This document shows, one piece after another, positions 25,048 to 35,148 of a DNA stretch of 64,000 nucleotides (within the stretch, counting starts at the first letter, position 1; every line of letters starts with the position of its first letter). The stretch comes from Nitrospinales bacterium (GTDB taxonomy: Bacteria; Nitrospinota; Nitrospinia; Nitrospinales; VA-1). Position numbers and translations under genes: made by a program. The DNA lies in contig OZ253582.1 in NCBI GenBank assembly GCA_965263085.1, forward strand, positions 1,848,385-1,912,384, given 5' to 3'. The notes under the pieces were generated by a model that saw nothing but the letters and a program-made list of their open reading frames with translations, searched no databases and was not told the DNA's origin.

Positions 25048-26154
25048 ATGATTAAAAAAATTACCACTTTGCATTCCGTTAAAGGATGGCTGTTCATCTT
25101 TTTTCTGTTGGGCATTACTGTGGTTCTTCTTCCTCTTTTAAATATATTAGTGCCTGAAGAATCTGTTTTGCATGTCCCAGATTATATGTTTGCTTTAATG
25201 GGCAAATATTTGTGCTATGCCCTGGTAGCTCTAGCGATTGATTTGATTTGGGGCTACACCGGCATCCTCAGCCTGGGTCATGGCGTTTTCTTTTCCATAG
25301 GCGGATATGCCATAGGTATGCACCTGATGAGGAGTGTTGGAAAAGAAGGTGTTTATAAGAGTGACCTGCCCGATTTTATGGTCTTTTTAGACTGGAAAGA
25401 ATTGCCCTGGTATTGGTATGGGTTCGATTACTTTGCTTTTACTTTATTGGTTATCCTGATATTGCCCGGCTTATTTGCTTTTACTTTTGGTTATTTTGCT
25501 TTCAAGTCACGCATCAAAGGTGTTTACTTTGCCATCATTACACAGGCGATGACATACGCGCTCATGCTTTTATTCTTTCGTAATAATACGGGTTTTGGCG
25601 GGAATAATGGCCTTACAGATTTTAAACGTATTTTAGGATATTCGTTACAGGAACCTTCCACTAAAATGAGTCTATATATAATTACTGCTTTCGTCCTGTT
25701 TTTTAGTTATGTCCTATCCCGTTATGTAGTTAAATCCAAGTTGGGCAGGATTCTTACCGCGATCCGGGATGCTGAAAGTCGGGTGATGTTTTCTGGATAT
25801 AATACCGTTCACTACAAACTTTTTATCTGGACTTTGTCGGCATTTTTATGCGGCATTGCCGGTGCTCTTTACGTCCCACAAGTTGGAATCATTAACCCCA
25901 GTGAGATGCAACCTTCCAACTCAATTGAAATGGCTATTTGGGTCGCGGTCGGAGGTCGAGGAACTCTAAGCGGTGCTTTGGTTGGAGCTGGTTTGGTCAA
26001 TGGAGCCAAGAGTTGGTTTACGGTTGCGGCTCCCGATTACTGGCTTTATTTTTTGGGCGCCTTATTTATTATCGTAACATTATTTTTTCCAAAGGGGCTT
26101 GTTGGTGTTTTTGCTCGTTTTTCTCCAAAGGATAAAGTCAAGGAGCCTGCTTAA
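25048..26154 (+). CDS. urtC: Urea ABC transporter permease UrtC
   Basis: 368 aa, a polytopic LivM-type permease. The stop overlaps the urtD start. Confidence 0.9.
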   Translation: MIKKITTLHSVKGWLFIFFLLGITVVLLPLLNILVPEESVLHVPDYMFALMGKYLCYALVALAIDLIWGYTGILSLGHGVFFSIGGYAIGMHLMRSVGKEGVYKSDLPDFMVFLDWKELPWYWYGFDYFAFTLLVILILPGLFAFTFGYFAFKSRIKGVYFAIITQAMTYALMLLFFRNNTGFGGNNGLTDFKRILGYSLQEPSTKMSLYIITAFVLFFSYVLSRYVVKSKLGRILTAIRDAESRVMFSGYNTVHYKLFIWTLSAFLCGIAGALYVPQVGIINPSEMQPSNSIEMAIWVAVGGRGTLSGALVGAGLVNGAKSWFTVAAPDYWLYFLGALFIIVTLFFPKGLVGVFARFSPKDKVKEPA

Positions 26155-26939
26155 TGGTTAGCTCAAGACCTCGTATCCAGGATGGTTCAGTTGACACGAC
26201 ACATGGTTGTATCCTTTATGTGGAAGATGTAACCGTCAGCTTTGACGGGTTCAAAGCGCTTAATGGTTTAAACCTGTATATTGATGACGGTGAACTTCGT
26301 TGCATCATAGGCCCCAATGGTGCTGGGAAAACCACCATGATGGACGTAATCACCGGGAAAACCCGCCCAGATCATGGCACCATTTTTTTTGGACAAAACC
26401 ATGACCTCACTAAAATGACGGAGTATGAAATTTCTCATGCAGGAATAGGTCGCAAATTTCAAAAGCCGACAGTTTTTCTTAACCATACTGTTTTTGAAAA
26501 TCTCGAGCTGGCTTTTCATACTCAAAAAGATGTTTGGCAATCCCTAACCGTATCTTTAACGGGTGAGCAAAGAGACATGATTGAAGAAAATTTGAAAACC
26601 ATCGGGTTGATGGATCAAAGACATCTCCGCGCAGGTTTGTTATCTCATGGTCAGAAGCAATGGTTGGAAATAGGGATACTACTGGTCCAAAACCCAAGAC
26701 TTTTATTGATTGATGAGCCTGTGGCGGGAATGACACATCAGGAAACCGAGCGTACAGCCGAACTATTAAAATCTCTTGCGGGAAAACATTCTGTGGTGGT
26801 AGTCGAACATGAAATGGATTTTATCAGGTCTATAGCCAATAGAGTGACTGTTTTGCATGAAGGCCATGTGTTAGCAGAAGGAAAAATGGAAGAGATACAA
26901 AATAATCCAAAAGTTATTGAGGTTTATTTGGGGAGTTAG
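26154..26939 (+). CDS. urtD: Urea ABC transporter ATP-binding protein UrtD
   Basis: 261 aa. Walker A GPNGAGKT, signature LSHGQKQ, Walker B LLLIDEP. Confidence 0.9.
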   Translation: MVSSRPRIQDGSVDTTHGCILYVEDVTVSFDGFKALNGLNLYIDDGELRCIIGPNGAGKTTMMDVITGKTRPDHGTIFFGQNHDLTKMTEYEISHAGIGRKFQKPTVFLNHTVFENLELAFHTQKDVWQSLTVSLTGEQRDMIEENLKTIGLMDQRHLRAGLLSHGQKQWLEIGILLVQNPRLLLIDEPVAGMTHQETERTAELLKSLAGKHSVVVVEHEMDFIRSIANRVTVLHEGHVLAEGKMEEIQNNPKVIEVYLGS

Positions 26940-26941
26940 GA

Positions 26942-27637
26942 GTGTTAAAAGTTCAAAAACTAAATCAATTTTATGGGGAAAGTCATACTCTTTGGGATAT
27001 TGATCTGGATGTCTTGCCCGGAACCTGCACCTGTCTGATGGGAAGAAATGGAGTGGGGAAAACTACCTTACTCAAAACTATTATGGGACTTTTACCCACC
27101 GACTCAGGTTCTATTAGTTTGGAGAGCGAAGCGCTTGAGAATAAACCTGCCGAGTTGCGCGCTCATCAGGGAATTGGTTATGTACCACAAGGTCGCGAAA
27201 TATTCACTCAATTAAGCGTTGAGGAAAATCTCCGTGTGGGTCTCCTGGCACGTGGAGATGGATTACGTGAAATCCCTGAATTTATATTTAATATTTTTCC
27301 TGTATTAAAGCAGATGCTCAATCGCCGCGGAGGCGACCTTTCCGGGGGGCAGCAACAACAACTGGCTATTGGAAGGGCTTTGACCCTTGACCCTAAACTT
27401 TTAATTTTAGATGAACCGACAGAAGGTATTCAGCCCAATATCGTACACGAAATAGGGGATATCATCATTCACCTTAATCAGGAAAAAGGGTTGACCATTT
27501 TGCTTGTGGAACAAAAGCTGCCATTTGCGCGTCGGGTAGCACAAAGGTTTTGCGTTCTGGATAAAGGCCGGAATGTAGCTACAGGTGATATAAAAAACCT
27601 GGGAGAGGAAGTCATAAATAGCTACTTGACAGTCTAA
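26942..27637 (+). CDS. urtE: Urea ABC transporter ATP-binding protein UrtE
   Basis: 231 aa. Walker A GRNGVGKT, signature LSGGQQQ, Walker B LLILDEP. Confidence 0.9.
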   Translation: MLKVQKLNQFYGESHTLWDIDLDVLPGTCTCLMGRNGVGKTTLLKTIMGLLPTDSGSISLESEALENKPAELRAHQGIGYVPQGREIFTQLSVEENLRVGLLARGDGLREIPEFIFNIFPVLKQMLNRRGGDLSGGQQQQLAIGRALTLDPKLLILDEPTEGIQPNIVHEIGDIIIHLNQEKGLTILLVEQKLPFARRVAQRFCVLDKGRNVATGDIKNLGEEVINSYLTV

Positions 27638-27787
27638 ACAAACCCGTTCAACCAGTGCTCTCCTTGTAATACTTGCCACAATCAGATGAAGTCTGAAATT
27701 TTACTTCCTGCATGGGTATTATTTATGAGACCCGTGTTACCCTTTTTGTTTAGGGATCCGCTACTCAGGCCCTTTCGGTTTTCGCCC

Positions 27788-29923
27788 CTAAAAATAGTCT
27801 CTTCGCCAGCGGTTGATTCTCTCCCCCCATGCCAGAGTGCTTTCTGAAACCTGATTCTTTTTCCAATTACCGGCGGCAAATTTATTGGCTTCTGCCAGGG
27901 TGGGATAGATATGAATCGTGCCCAAGATTTTGTTCATGCCAAATCCGTTTTTCATTGCGGCGACATACTCCGCAATGATATCCCCGGCATGCACTCCAGC
28001 AATAGTGACACCGATGATCTTGTCTTTTCCGGGCACTGTTAACACTTTAACAATTCCATAGGCCGCTTCATCGGCGATAGCACGGTCCAAGTCATCGATT
28101 CCATAAGTAGTGACATCATAGGGGATCCCCTGTTCTTTGGCTTCCAACTCATTCAATCCGGACCGAGCCACCTCCGGGTCGGTAAAAGTTGACCATGGGA
28201 CAGTGCTGTAGTCGACTTTAAAGCCATAGAAGGGGCTTATCATCGAATTGACAGCACAATACCAGGCCTGATGAGACGCAATGTGGGTAAACTGATAGGG
28301 CCCTGCAACATCTCCACAGGCATAAATATTGGGGATATTAGTTTTCATGTATGCGTCAACCTTAATCGTTTTCTGGGGAGTTAACTCAACACCCAGTTCT
28401 TCCAACCCGAAGCCAGTTGTGTTGGCTTTTCTTCCCAGCGCGACCAGGAGAGTATCAAACTCGACTTCTACAGAGTTGCCATTGTTCTCACATTCCAGGA
28501 AATCTTTTCCATCGCGTTTAAAGAATCTTTTAGGAGTGTGTGCTGTCAATACATTGATCTCTTCGCTTTGGAAACTTTCCAGAAGCATTTGTGATATTTC
28601 AGGGTCTTCTTTGGGAATCAACCGCTTGTTTCGCTGGACCTGGGTCACGGAGCATCCTAGCCGAGCAAACGCCTGGGTCAACTCGGAGCCAATGGGTCCA
28701 CCGCCCAGCACCAGTAACTTTCCCGGTTTTTCGCGAATATCCCAAACGGTGTCAGAAGTCAGATAGCCGACATTTTCAATGCCTTCAATCGGTGGAATGG
28801 CAGGGCGGGCTCCGGTGCCAATGACAATATTCCTTGTGGTAAGAGTTTTCCCATTCACTGACACTTCGTAAGGAGACAGTATTTTAGCCTCGCCAGTGTG
28901 ACACTCGACTCCCAGAGAAGTGTATCGTTCTATCGAGTCATGAGGCTCGACGGTTTTGATGACCCGTTGGACCCGCTCCATCACATCGGCAAAATCAAAT
29001 TCAACCTGAGCGTTTTTGAATCCCAGTTTTTGACACTTTTTAGCATCAGCCATGAATTTAGCAGACCGGATGAGTGCTTTACTTGGAACGCACCCGGTGT
29101 TCAGGCAGTCTCCACCCATCTTATGTTTTTCTATCAATGCGACTTTCCCCTTGGTTGCCGCACCGATATAGCTGGTCACTAAACCGGCTGATCCAGCCCC
29201 AATAACCACCATGTTGTAATCGAAAGAATTTGGTTTTTTAAATTTGCTCATAACTCTTCTTCTTTGATAGGAACTCACAAGCTTTTTTGCCAGCAATGGG
29301 AAAACCCCTAACAAGACAAATGAAAAGATAATTTCTGCAGAGAGGATACCCCCTAAAGATTCGATTTGAGCGAGTTGCGTTCCAGCATTTACAAAAACAA
29401 TGGTGCCTGCGAGCATTCCTATCTGGCTCACCAGAAAGAATGATAGTGTCTTCATGGAAGTCAGACCCATGACTAGATTGATGACGAAGAAGGGAACAGC
29501 GGGAATCAATCTAAGTGTGAACAGGTAAAAAGCTCCATCCTTTTTGACGCCGTCATTGAAGGTGCTCAGATAACTGCCGAATTTATCTTGAACCCAGTCA
29601 CGTAGCAGTAAACGTGAAACAAGAAAAGCAAGAGTCGCCCCGATGGTGCTGGAAAAGGAAACCAGAATGGTTCCAATCATCAACCCGAACAAAGCACCGC
29701 CAAGCAATGTCATGAAGACGGCTCCCGGTAGGGAAAGAGCTGTCACTACAATATAAACTGCGCAATAAGCCCCAATCGCTAATAAAGTGTTTTCCTTATA
29801 AAAGGCTGAGAAATCCGTTTGCTGCGCCTTTAGATATTCAAGCGTAAGGTATTGGCCGACGTCAAAGTGAAAAAAGGCCCATAAGAGACTGGCAATAAAC
29901 CCTAGTATAATTATTTTTTTCAT
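27788..29923 (-). CDS. Fusion of a DedA/TVP38-type membrane domain and an FAD-dependent pyridine nucleotide-disulfide oxidoreductase
   Basis: 711 aa. The ~230-aa N-terminus is polytopic. It is followed by GAGSAGL, redox-active GGDCLNTGCVPSK and a C-terminal dimerisation-type region. Confidence 0.8.
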   Translation of the reverse strand: MKKIIILGFIASLLWAFFHFDVGQYLTLEYLKAQQTDFSAFYKENTLLAIGAYCAVYIVVTALSLPGAVFMTLLGGALFGLMIGTILVSFSSTIGATLAFLVSRLLLRDWVQDKFGSYLSTFNDGVKKDGAFYLFTLRLIPAVPFFVINLVMGLTSMKTLSFFLVSQIGMLAGTIVFVNAGTQLAQIESLGGILSAEIIFSFVLLGVFPLLAKKLVSSYQRRRVMSKFKKPNSFDYNMVVIGAGSAGLVTSYIGAATKGKVALIEKHKMGGDCLNTGCVPSKALIRSAKFMADAKKCQKLGFKNAQVEFDFADVMERVQRVIKTVEPHDSIERYTSLGVECHTGEAKILSPYEVSVNGKTLTTRNIVIGTGARPAIPPIEGIENVGYLTSDTVWDIREKPGKLLVLGGGPIGSELTQAFARLGCSVTQVQRNKRLIPKEDPEISQMLLESFQSEEINVLTAHTPKRFFKRDGKDFLECENNGNSVEVEFDTLLVALGRKANTTGFGLEELGVELTPQKTIKVDAYMKTNIPNIYACGDVAGPYQFTHIASHQAWYCAVNSMISPFYGFKVDYSTVPWSTFTDPEVARSGLNELEAKEQGIPYDVTTYGIDDLDRAIADEAAYGIVKVLTVPGKDKIIGVTIAGVHAGDIIAEYVAAMKNGFGMNKILGTIHIYPTLAEANKFAAGNWKKNQVSESTLAWGERINRWRRDYF

Positions 29924-30829
29924 ATTCTTTTATCCGGTTAATTTTCTTCTAAAGCCAGTTAATAGTTAGACAACGCCGTGCCGATGAATACCGTTTACGT
30001 ATTGCCGTACGAAGGTAGCAGAACATTACAAATAAAGGTACCAAAACATTACAAGTAAGTGAAGGATCAAGGAAATTTGAGACCGCGCCTATTGTTTTTC
30101 AGGCACGAATTATGACCAGAAAAACTTCAAATTTTAATGGGACATGCCTTGTGCGCAGGATGTGGGAATGACCGGTGTTCTTGGTTTTCGCTAGAACAGA
30201 AACGCTAAACTTCAGGGGGATGATCTTTGCTGAGGTGTAAAACATAGTCTCCCTCATCTTTGGTCAATAAAGGAGGTTTTGGGGTGTCGGGTTGTGCATT
30301 ACTTTGAGGATTCGGTGCCGTGGTTTGGGATTTGGAAATGACGGACACGCGGTCTCCGGCTTTCCAGGGGTCGGGCTCTCCGGCTTTGCGTTCGAGAGAG
30401 ATGACCATAATGTGATGGTTGGAAGGTTGGGAATCGTGCGTACGATTATTTCTTTGGCGCCGTTCCGGCTTCGGTGATTCAGGTGGGGAAAGATGTTTGC
30501 GCCGCTCATTCAGGCGGGTATCCCTCACCCTTAATTATGATGCCTTCACCGGAATGGGATGGATTGAAGTTTTGAGGAGTACCCAATCCGCCATAGCTGG
30601 GTAGGGTCCAGTAAGGAGAATTGATCCGACCTATATGTTTCTCCGGGTCCGGTTTTTTATTACGGTCTATCGGCGAAATCAGCATGGCTCTTTTTAGTAC
30701 CGGGTTTTAGAGGAAATAGGCTCCTTTATATTAAGGAAACAATTCCTATAATAAATATAGGGTCATGACCCTAAATATATTCCCTTTTGCCAATATATTC
30801 CAATAAACTAAGGCCATATCTGTGGATAT

Positions 30830-31393
30830 TCAGACCCGTTTCAGGGTGTTTTTATCGGTGTGGTGGAACGGTTCGCTCTGGCCTTTGATCTGGAGTTGAG
30901 TGTCTTCTTCATAATCGAAGCTGTTTTCATCGTGGACAGTGACCTTCAGGTCATAGCGAATTGTTTTGAATTCCCGATCGAGGAACTGGTTGGAGCAGAT
31001 GCCGTAGGTTTCCGATCCCGCATCGGCGGCTAATTTGAATTCCCGTGCATCCGGTTCCACCGTGCCGCCTGCGATCACCGTCACTCCACGGGGCACGATG
31101 AAACATCGAAGCACCTGTTTTTCTGCCGGATCCCAAAGCCAGTACCCCAACTCTTCATGAAAAGGGTCCTCCGCATCCAACCGCCATGCCATGGTTGAGT
31201 ACCTCAAGCCGTATAGAGTCTGCGCGTGGTTGTTCACCGGGTCAAATGGTTCCAGCACCAACCGTTCGCGATATTTATTGTTTTCTATATCCCTGGGGTT
31301 TTCGTCGGGGGCAATATCGTCTCCCTTATTGCCTTCCCAGATTCCTGCCAGTGGAGCCAGAGGCCCAAGGTTTGCTATCAGTTCCTCATTCAT
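30830..31393 (-). CDS. Nitrobindin/THAP4-like heme-binding beta-barrel (DUF1794-type) protein
   Basis: 187 aa. LGPLAPLAGIWEGNKG start motif and beta-rich sequence. Family assignment is from memory. Confidence 0.55.
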   Translation of the reverse strand: MNEELIANLGPLAPLAGIWEGNKGDDIAPDENPRDIENNKYRERLVLEPFDPVNNHAQTLYGLRYSTMAWRLDAEDPFHEELGYWLWDPAEKQVLRCFIVPRGVTVIAGGTVEPDAREFKLAADAGSETYGICSNQFLDREFKTIRYDLKVTVHDENSFDYEEDTQLQIKGQSEPFHHTDKNTLKRV

Positions 31394-31591
31394 GATTTTT
31401 CCTCATAATACGGCGGATGATTTAAATATGGTCAATAATTACAATTTTTATGGATGAAAGCAATGTAAGAATCTTTTTGCTTTTTCGACAAACTTTGAGA
31501 ATTTATATGCTCAAAGCTTACCTGATATGGAAAATAGACAGAAATGATGATAGTTTATTTTCTGGATTTACTCAAACATGAGGAAAACTAA

Positions 31592-33205
31592 ATGAAGAAG
31601 GTAGTGATTGCTGACTGGGGTAGCCTGAAAGATCGTGAACCTTCCTATGCTCTGGTGGCGAACGTGGACTTGGTCGTTGTCCGTTACGATGACGAGGTGT
31701 CGGTGTTATACGGCCGATGCCTCCACCGCGGTGCGCTACTGGCGGATGGACATATCCAAGGCCAAAACCTCATTTGTGGCGTTCATCAATGGGATTTCAA
31801 ATATGAAACCGGCGTCAGCGAATATGACAATGACGAAAGACTGCATAAATTCTCAGCCTGGGTCGAGGGCGGTCATGTTCTGGTGGATGAAGCGGAAATA
31901 TTCGAATGGGAACAAGAAAATCCACAGCCTTACAATCGAGACGAATACCTGGGGCTCTATGCGGACACTCACGGGACCGATGCAGAACCTCATACGGGTT
32001 TTATTCAGAAACTGGCCAAAGATGGTTTATCCAAACTGGGGCACCATGGTCGTGTTGCGGCCATGGGTGTGCCTCGGCAGGAGCTTCCAAAATGGGAAGA
32101 TATCCAATTCGTCACGGCGCAATTAGCGACCATGCCTTTGTTGGATGATGAGCCGGTCGGCACAGAAATTGTTATAGGTCCCAGAGCGCGTAAACCCCTT
32201 AAGTTGGAAATTCCTTTATTTGTTTCTGATATGAGCTTCGGAGCGCTCTCTGAAGAAGCCAAAATCGCATTGGCGATGGGCGCAGAAATGGCGGGGACCG
32301 GCATCTGTAGCGGGGAGGGCGGAATGCTTCCTGAAGAGCAGGGTGCCAACAGCAGATATTTCTACGAACTGGCTTCCGGTCGATTTGGATATTCGATGGA
32401 TAAAGTTAAGCGTTGTCAGGCGTTTCATTTTAAAGGTGGACAGGGTGCCAAGACCGGCATCGGCGGTCACCTGCCCGGACATAAAGTGACGGGGAAAATC
32501 GCTGAGGTGCGAGGATTAAAAGAAGAGGAGGCCGCAATTTCTCCACCGCGTTTCCCCGATTGGACAGATATCAAACCGGTCAGAGAGTTTGCCGATCAGG
32601 TTAGAGAGGCGACCGGGGGTATTCCTATTGGATACAAGCTCTCTGCCCAACATATCGAAAAGGATATTGATGCTGCTATAGAAGTTGGCGTCGATTACAT
32701 TATCCTTGATGGACGCGGTGGTGGAACGGGAGCGGCACCACTTCTATTTCGTGACAACATATCCGTGCCTACCATTCCGGCTCTAGCCAGGGCAAGACGC
32801 CACCTTGACAGTCTGTGGAAAAAAGATGTGACGTTAATCATCACAGGTGGATTAAGAACCCCCGCCGACTTTGCCAAGGCTCTCGCTTTAGGGGCGGACG
32901 CGATTGCCCTTTCCAATTCGGCCTTACAGGCCATTGGTTGCATCGGGATGCGAGCCTGCAACACCAACAATTGTCCCGTTGGTATTGCTACCCAGAAAGA
33001 TCATTTGAGACAAAGATTGATCGTTGAAGAATCTGCCAACCGTCTCAAAAACTTTTTTCAGGCATCTGTAGAGTTGATAAACGTAATGGCAAGAGCTTGT
33101 GGTCATAGACATGTGAATGAATTTCAAATCAATGACTTGACGACCTGGAACCAGAATATGGCGAACCTGTCGGGAATTTCTTATGGGGGTGTGAGCAATA
33201 CCTGA
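31592..33205 (+). CDS. Rieske [2Fe-2S] domain fused to a glutamate-synthase-type FMN (GltS domain 2-like) domain
   Basis: 537 aa. Rieske CLHRG...CGVHQW; then ISDMSFGALS-type FVSDMSFGALSEEAK and DYIILDGRGGGTGAAP. Confidence 0.75.
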   Translation: MKKVVIADWGSLKDREPSYALVANVDLVVVRYDDEVSVLYGRCLHRGALLADGHIQGQNLICGVHQWDFKYETGVSEYDNDERLHKFSAWVEGGHVLVDEAEIFEWEQENPQPYNRDEYLGLYADTHGTDAEPHTGFIQKLAKDGLSKLGHHGRVAAMGVPRQELPKWEDIQFVTAQLATMPLLDDEPVGTEIVIGPRARKPLKLEIPLFVSDMSFGALSEEAKIALAMGAEMAGTGICSGEGGMLPEEQGANSRYFYELASGRFGYSMDKVKRCQAFHFKGGQGAKTGIGGHLPGHKVTGKIAEVRGLKEEEAAISPPRFPDWTDIKPVREFADQVREATGGIPIGYKLSAQHIEKDIDAAIEVGVDYIILDGRGGGTGAAPLLFRDNISVPTIPALARARRHLDSLWKKDVTLIITGGLRTPADFAKALALGADAIALSNSALQAIGCIGMRACNTNNCPVGIATQKDHLRQRLIVEESANRLKNFFQASVELINVMARACGHRHVNEFQINDLTTWNQNMANLSGISYGGVSNT

Positions 33206-33345
33206 CGGTGTTATTTGTCGCCAAAACTAATGGGCGAAGAACCTTCGCTGGCAACAAGCAATATCTTTATTTAACAAGCAAACATTATTTCGGCTTGTGA
33301 TACTTCTTCATTAGCCTTCATGCCACGGAGGGGTACAGCAAGCCA

Positions 33346-33573
33346 TTACTCACTACCTACACGGCTAGTGGGTTTTTCATTTTCACCGGGCGATGCCTGG
33401 TCGACGATAAACTCCTCGCTCCCCATGGTGAAACAGTCTGCTTCGATCCGCACCATGTCTGGGAATTTTGAGGTTTGCGATTGAGCCGGGGGCGAAACGG
33501 CAAGGAAGAATAAAACGGCTAACCCGCCCATGCAATTTTTCAATATATGATTTTGCGATAAAACCCAGATCAT
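33346..33573 (-). pseudogene. N-terminal fragment of an FGE/SUMF1-family gene (signal peptide plus the first ~35 aa of the domain)
   Basis: The sequence GLAVLFFLAVSPPAQS...MVRIEADCFTMGSEEF...ENEKPTSRV is followed by a stop. No continuation of the domain is seen in any frame downstream. A full-length family member lies at 54715-55557. Confidence 0.4.
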
Positions 33574-33649
33574 AATGTTTCTTCCCAAACCTGACGACCC
33601 GCATTTCCTGTTAGCCCATAAAAAAACTAAACTGATATTGGCTTTATAA

Positions 33650-34264
33650 TCAGTTAGCAAGAAAAGTCTTCACAACTTCTTTAGCATCCTTAAATATTGA
33701 TACCCCATCTCCAACTAATAAGGTTTCAAATTCATAATCCATCAGTCGATTCAAATCGGCCTTGGCTTTCACGGGGTCTTGGTATTTGTCTGAAGGTAAC
33801 ATATTTACCTGGCCAGGAACTTTGCCGATCAAAGCATCTCCCACAAGCATGATATTTTGATCCTTTATATAAAAAGCCGTTTCACCCGGTGACTTTTGAT
33901 GGTCCAATTGAATCGCCTGGATACCGCAAAACAAATTATCTCCTCCCTTAAAGGTTTTATCGGCAGGCACTTCCAACGCTTCCTTGTCCAGCGCATTCAC
34001 CCAAACCGGGACAGAAAATCGATTCTTTAATAAATCACCGGCTCTTTCATGGTGAACATTGGTCAACAATATTCCCTTTAACGGGCAGGATGAATGACTG
34101 TTAATAAGATCCTCTAATTTTTTCTCGTCATCCTTCCCTAAGTCCGGGGGATCTATAATAACGGACTCGTCCTTTCCAATTATCAGGTAACCATTGAAGT
34201 CCAGTTTTTTTTCTCCGGAGTATTCGCTCCAGTTATATAAATTAGGTAGGATTTCTTTAATCAT
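33650..34264 (-). CDS. MBL-fold metallo-hydrolase-like protein
   Basis: 204 aa. The general MBL layout is present with a degenerate first metal motif (LLTNVHHERAGD). Confidence 0.55.
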   Translation of the reverse strand: MIKEILPNLYNWSEYSGEKKLDFNGYLIIGKDESVIIDPPDLGKDDEKKLEDLINSHSSCPLKGILLTNVHHERAGDLLKNRFSVPVWVNALDKEALEVPADKTFKGGDNLFCGIQAIQLDHQKSPGETAFYIKDQNIMLVGDALIGKVPGQVNMLPSDKYQDPVKAKADLNRLMDYEFETLLVGDGVSIFKDAKEVVKTFLAN

Positions 34265-34284
34265 AAAAAACTTTCCCTTTGAGT

Positions 34285-35082
34285 TCAGGCTTGGTTGTTA
34301 AAAACACTTTTCCTGGCTCGTTGAATCAGCGCATCAACAATCATATCATGATGCTTGAGGCAGGTGGCTTTGAGAAATTCGATATTCGGGTGTTTTTTCT
34401 GAAAAGTGTCGGCGAGGGCATGCACGTGTTTGACCCAGAATCCGGTAAACAAAAAAAAGGGTAATAGAATAACACGGTGAAATCCTTGTGGGCTGAATTT
34501 TTCCTGCATGTCTTCCAGGGAATGTTCAGAGGCTCCGGCAAAGCAGATAACGGTTTTGCCAAATCCCAGTTTTGTTCCCAATCTGGAAAGGTTTCTTTCG
34601 ACCTGGGAGTTGAAGTCTGTGTCTCGGCTTCCATGCCCAACAATCATGAGTAATGTTTCTGAGCGGAGAATGGATTTTTTTTGGGATTTCTCCCCTTCTT
34701 CGATGCGTGCCTGGCAGACTTCCATAATCTCAGGTTGCGTGCCCAGTGGTTCTGCAAAAATCAGATTGATTTCAGGATGATCTCGGAATATTTCGCGGAC
34801 AATCCCGGGGATACCCTTTTGCGTGTGTTCACCGGAAAATAAAATACTCGGCAATATAATAATGTTTTTAATATCGTTGCAATGACAGGTGGACATAGCT
34901 TCAGCGACAGTGGGTTCGGCGAACTCAAGAAATCCGCCTGCGGTGATTTGGCAGAAGTTTCTTTCGCGCAATTTTTTCCACAGGATCAGGAATTCCTCAA
35001 TGCCTTCGGGGTCCCGACTCCCGTGGCCAAGAAGGCAAAGGGCGTATGAGTCGGGGAGTCTGTCATCTGTAAAAATATCCAT
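34285..35082 (-). CDS. cbiX: Sirohydrochlorin chelatase, double-domain CbiX type
   Basis: 265 aa. LLGHGSRD and IVGHGSRD are repeated in the two halves. Confidence 0.75.
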   Translation of the reverse strand: MDIFTDDRLPDSYALCLLGHGSRDPEGIEEFLILWKKLRERNFCQITAGGFLEFAEPTVAEAMSTCHCNDIKNIIILPSILFSGEHTQKGIPGIVREIFRDHPEINLIFAEPLGTQPEIMEVCQARIEEGEKSQKKSILRSETLLMIVGHGSRDTDFNSQVERNLSRLGTKLGFGKTVICFAGASEHSLEDMQEKFSPQGFHRVILLPFFLFTGFWVKHVHALADTFQKKHPNIEFLKATCLKHHDMIVDALIQRARKSVFNNQA

Positions 35083-35148
35083 GCGGGATTGTTTATCCGG
35101 TAGAATAAGGATTCCCTGATAATAACCGTATTAACCTGTGAATAGAAA

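Noticed and set aside
30205-30690. 107-aa and 54-aa minus-strand ORFs, plus plus-strand 61-aa ORFs
   Set aside because: They have Pro/Ser/Arg-rich low-complexity translations, a weak RBS and no recognisable domain. The coding status is unresolved, so they are not reported as features.
31635-32482. Alternative-frame ORFs (80-163 aa) within the Rieske-GltS gene
   Set aside because: They are out of frame or antisense to a domain-rich CDS, and their translations are Arg/Trp/Cys-rich nonsense-like sequences.
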